In this document: positions 59,870 to 64,000 of the stretch, in pieces
Layout: each line of letters starts with the position of its first letter
Numbering within the stretch: the stretch's first letter is position 1
NCBI RefSeq assembly: GCF_006345805.1
Contig: NC_043002.1
Location: forward strand, 97,650,001 to 97,714,000
Direction: 5' to 3'
Length of the DNA: 64,000 nucleotides
Origin: Octopus sinensis
Taxonomy: Eukaryota
Translations under genes and position numbers: made by a program
The notes under the pieces: generated by a model
What the model saw: only the letters and a program-made list of their open reading frames with translations
The model's database searches: none
What the model was told of the DNA's origin: nothing

Positions 59870-60024
59870 AATCAGTATATACGAAGTTTACACAGTTGAA
59901 GAACGTGATCTAATGCCTGTGTTACCCAACACCTATGTCGAATCGTGATGAATTCTGGATAAGCTCCGCTTCAACAAAGCGTTAATTATACGACCCCTTT
60001 GCAGTGTATAGTAATGTACTTTGG

Positions 60025-60409
60025 GTGGAGGCGCAATGGCCCAGTGGTTAGGGCAGCGGACTCGCGGTCGGAGGATCGCGGTTTCGATTCCCAGACCGGG
60101 CATTGTGAGTGTTTATTGAGCGAAAAAACCTAAAGCTCCACGAGGCTCCGGCAGGGGGTGGTGGTGAACCCTGCTGTACTCTTTCACCACAACTTTCTCT
60201 CGCTCTTTCTTCCTGTTTCTCTTGTACCTGTATTTCAAAGGGCCAGCCTTGTCACAATCTGTGTCACGCTGAATCTCCTCGAGAACTACGTTAAGGGTAC
60301 ACGTGTCTGTGGCGTGCTCAGCCACTTGCACGTTAATATCACGAGCAAGCTGTTCCGTTGATCGTATCAGCTGGGACCATCATCGTCGCCACCGACGGAG
60401 TGCTCCTAC
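60025..60409 (+). mobile_element. SINE family A, full length
   Basis: TSD TAATGTACTTTGG. Confidence 0.93.
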
Positions 60410-60675
60410 TAATGTACTTTGGCTAATCAGGTTTAATTTACTAAAACGATTAACAATTCTTTCATTATAGCGGCTGTAGTCGTTCAGAGAGTTGAAGGCC
60501 AATCCATTTAACGTAAAAAAAATATCTCAGAGTGAGTCGAATGCCTTGTCTTAGTTATTTATCTTCTTGACTGCGATTGGGACGAAAAAAATTTAAGAGA
60601 GAAAGAAACTTACCTGTGAGAGTGGGGAGCAAAAAGGTAGAAATTTTAATGTAGGGGACAAAAATTCTTTCACAT

Positions 60676-61613
60676 AGGCGTAGGAGTGGCTGAGTGGTAA
60701 GTAGCTTGCGTACTAACCACATGGTTCCGGGTTCAGTCCCACTGCGTGGCACCTTGGGCAAGTGCATTCTATTATAGCCTCAGGCTGACCAAAGCCTTGT
60801 GAGTGGATTTGGTAGACGGAAACTGAAAGAAGCCCGTCGTATGTGTGTCTGTGTCTGTCCCCGCAACATCGAGTGTTTACGTCCCCCGTAACCTAGCGGT
60901 TCGGCAAAAGTGAGAGACCGGTAGAAGAAGCACTAGGCTTACGAAGAATAAGTCCTGGGGTCGATTTGGTCGACTAAAGGCGGTGCTCCAGCATGGCCAC
61001 AGTCAAATGACTGAAACAAGTAAAAGAGAACAACCATCTAATTCCTTGAGAACTGACAGCTATTCCTGAAAGTTCACTGCTCAGAGTTTGTAGACAGGTG
61101 TAATGGTAAAATGAAATTATCCGTTTAACTTAAGAAATTATCACAGCAACTGTGTTTTATGAGTGGAAACTTGTCTTGGTTATCAATCTTTATAACTGTG
61201 ATGGCGTGGCTGTGTGGTAAGTAGCTTGTTTACCAACCACATGGTTCCGGGTTCAGTCCCACTGCGTGGCACCTTGGGCAAGTGTCTTCTACTATAGCCT
61301 CAGGCAGACCAAAGCCTTGTGAGTGGATTTGGTAGACGGAAACTGAAAGAAGCCCGTCGTATATATGTATATATATGTATGCGTGTCTATGTTTGTGTGT
61401 CTGTGTTTGTCCCCCCCCCCTAGCATTGCTTGACAACCGATGCTGGTGTGTTTATGTCCCCGTAACTTAGCGATTCGGCAAAAGTGAGAGACCGATAGAA
61501 TAAGTACTGGGCTTACAAAAGAATAAGTCCCGGGGTTGAGTTGCTCGATTAAAGGCGGTGCTCCTCCAGCATGGCCGCAGTCAAATGACTGAAACAAGTA
61601 AAAGAGTAAAAAG
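60676..61613 (+). mobile_element. Two SINE B copies (60676-61028, 61205-61613)
   Basis: Complete heads and tails. Confidence 0.9.
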
Positions 61614-61820
61614 AGGTTTGAGAGACAGAGGAGAAGGGGCAGACAGAGAACTTTATTATAGCAAGTTCGTAATATCTCAGAACAGAAGACGAAGAAGAGC
61701 TTTTTGATCTGAAGTGTTAGGTATGGTTTAGTAGAAATAATTGACAAAAGTAAAGGCGAAAAGAAAAATAATTATAATAGATCAAAATTACAACAAAGTT
61801 CACCAAACATATAAATATAC

Positions 61821-61990
61821 CTGCTGTTCCTCAGGTACACTCCCAACATGTAAAACCCCGGATAAAATAGAAATTTTTCATCGAAATTCCTCCAGCGAAG
61901 TTACAAATATTTTGATTATTCAAAATCTACGAGTCGTCATCCGAGCGTTCCTTAATGAATTGCAATTTCCCGCCAATTAGTGTTCGTTAT
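61821..61990 (-). promoter_or_regulatory. Candidate non-coding first exon and promoter of the C19orf12-like gene
   Basis: Unique CpG-containing island with an E2F-type motif TTTCCCGCCAA (61966-61976) and donor CAGCAG|GTATAT at 61821; inference only. Confidence 0.25.
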
Positions 61991-62105
61991 CGTTCACATT
62001 TTCGCGATATGAAATTAACTATAACTTGATTGTTAAATAATAAAAGGAGAAATTAATATTAATAAATAATATTATTAAATAATATCAATTTTAACTAGTG
62101 GTCAG

Positions 62106-62498
62106 GGATCTTTTCTGTTTGAACGGCAGTTTTTAAGATAATTTCTTGGTAACTAAAAAATTTCAAACTTCGTATACTTGGCTTTATTGAGAAAATTCTA
62201 TGGTTTGTAAGATATTTGTTGTTGTTTTTTTTTCAATTTCTGCAATTGCAACCAATCAATGACGTCTATTGAGGTAAAAAAAAAAACAACAACATTCTGT
62301 GCCGTATGAATATGTCCCTCGTTTAAGAAACAGATTGGGTTTATTTACATTTGTGAAGAAAAAAAGATACCCTTCCCCAACCCCTTGTCCTAACCCTAAA
62401 ACAGATTGAAATGCAATAGATCGATGCTAGGGTCATAATTATGGGTGACAATTTCATGACACCGCTAGAAAAAACTGCTGTTCAAACCGAAACGATCC
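62106..62498. mobile_element. MITE of the same family as 2588-3012, flanked by a 41-bp direct repeat
   Basis: Same TIR; 62065-62105 equals 62499-62539 with 1 mismatch. Confidence 0.88.
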
Positions 62499-62590
62499 AA
62501 TAATATTATTAAATAATATCAATTTCAACTAGTGGTCAGCATATTTAAAAATGTCCAAGGACTGTGAATTCTATTTAAACATAAACAATA

Positions 62591-62769
62591 TGAGAGACCA
62601 CTAAGTGGATCCCTTATGTGCTAAAAATAGACGTCAAACCGTCTTACCACTAAATCCGTGTCTAGCTCGTAAACATCTAGCGCTTTACTAAGTTGAGAAC
62701 ACAGATTTAGTGGTAAGACGGTTTGACGTCTATTTTTAGCATCCAAGGGATCCACATAGTGATCTCTCG
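62591..62769. mobile_element. 179-bp hairpin MITE with TA TSD
   Basis: About 70-bp inverted arms; TA|(T/C)GAGAGA termini. Confidence 0.7.
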
Positions 62770-63127
62770 TATTGATTATATTTGATAGTTAAATTCTGAG
62801 GTAAATCCTTAATCTTTTTCAATTGTTTCAGTCAATGGACTGCGGCCATGCTGTGCACCACTTTGAATTATTTAATCGGGAAAATAAGCCACCCTACGTA
62901 TTTACGTTTTTTTAAAATGTGGAACTTATTCTAACGACCTTTTGTGCCAGACATAAACACAGACATGCGCGCGCACACACACACATACACACACACACAC
63001 ACAAACACACATACATACATACTTACATATGTACACACACACACACACATACGAGAGAATCTGAAAAGTTGCTGGCTTCGGCAAAAGAAAATACAGGAGG
63101 ATCAGTCAATTATGATTTTATTCAACA

Positions 63128-63527
63128 CTAGCTGTATCGCCCGGAGTTACTCGGGTTTGTAAGGGAAATAACTTTATAAGCATTTTTAGAGATGTAAAGT
63201 ATAATAGCCATCTCAATATGGTTAACCACAAAGGGGGGGGTTACAGTAGTGTTTTACGTTCTGAGATTTAATAATACATTTTTAGAGAGTTACTTCCCTT
63301 ATATAAACCGAGCGAAAATGCATTAAAAATGCGGAAAAATTATGGTAATTTTTTTTTTTAATCGTAGACTCATCGTAAACGCGCGCTAATATCCAGAAGG
63401 GCTCGATATGAATCACGACTATAAGATACTCGCTTTTGGTTAAACTGCACCGCAAAATGTGGAAGTAGTTAGGAATCTAAATCGGTGGAGACAGACAGAC
63501 ACACAACTACATTTTTATATATAAAGA
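63128..63527 (-). mobile_element. Non-autonomous Helitron
   Basis: A|TC...CTAG|T; same family as 52085. Confidence 0.88.
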
Positions 63528-63699
63528 TATTCCCTTCTCAGATTCACGCAATTATTGACGTAGGCCTTCAGATTTTTTTTGTTTGTTTTTTTTTAAGCCC
63601 TGACAAAGAACTCGGAAGATTGGGTTTACAGCCAGGCCTTTTACAACACCCTTGAAGCCAGGAACTTTTCAGCACCCTTTCCCCCCACGTATATGTATA

Positions 63700-64000
63700 T
63701 ATATGCTGAGACCCTTTCGGTCATGACTGGCCGTGGGGTTGCACCTAGAAAGTCACCCTCCCAGGCACAAGTCCGGGCAAGGTTGTTTATGGAAGACCAG
63801 CATTCGCCCATGCATACCAGCCTCCCCTCTTCACGCCACCAGTATTATTATCCAAGGGAAAGGCAAAGGGGTTGATACAGCTTGGCACCAGTGACATCAC
63901 AACTCATTTCTACACTGAGTGAACTGGAGCAACGTGAAATAAAGTGTCTTGCTCAAGAACACAACACGCAGCCCGGTCCGGGATTCGAACTCACAACCTT
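63700..64000 (-). mobile_element. D-core SINE with a further tail type, cut by the window end
   Basis: TTGTGTTCTTGAGCAAGACACTTTATTTCACGTTGCTCCAG core followed by a tail unrelated to those at 22133 and 58173. Confidence 0.75.

Overview
AT-rich, repeat-dense eukaryotic genomic DNA, very probably a coleoid cephalopod such as Octopus (inferred from the repeat landscape only). Most of it is tRNA-headed SINEs (families labelled A-D here), microsatellites and decayed LINEs (RTE, R4/Dong-like, Tx1-like). It also holds Helitron-like and TIR elements and Penelope-like (PLE) terminal-repeat fragments. One host gene is supported: a minus-strand C19orf12/Nazo-like gene with coding exons 43339-43180 and 29716-29460 (138 aa, phase-1 intron of about 13.5 kb). 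Near its last exon there is a candidate alternative exon, either signal-peptide-like or an in-frame cassette, next to an internal NRF1/ETS-type promoter. The most striking structure is a set of type I hammerhead ribozymes (HHRs) read directly from the sequence. Six intact copies sit in a ~3 kb palindromic array of ~530-bp units inside the gene's large intron. Several unrelated HHRs lie elsewhere, including one with a U3-A8 covariant core. Almost all have a self-complementary helix III, suggesting dimeric cleavage. SINE and LINE-fragment boundaries are approximate (about 10-20 bp). Exon, TSD and ribozyme coordinates were read base by base. No database searches or folding programs were run.
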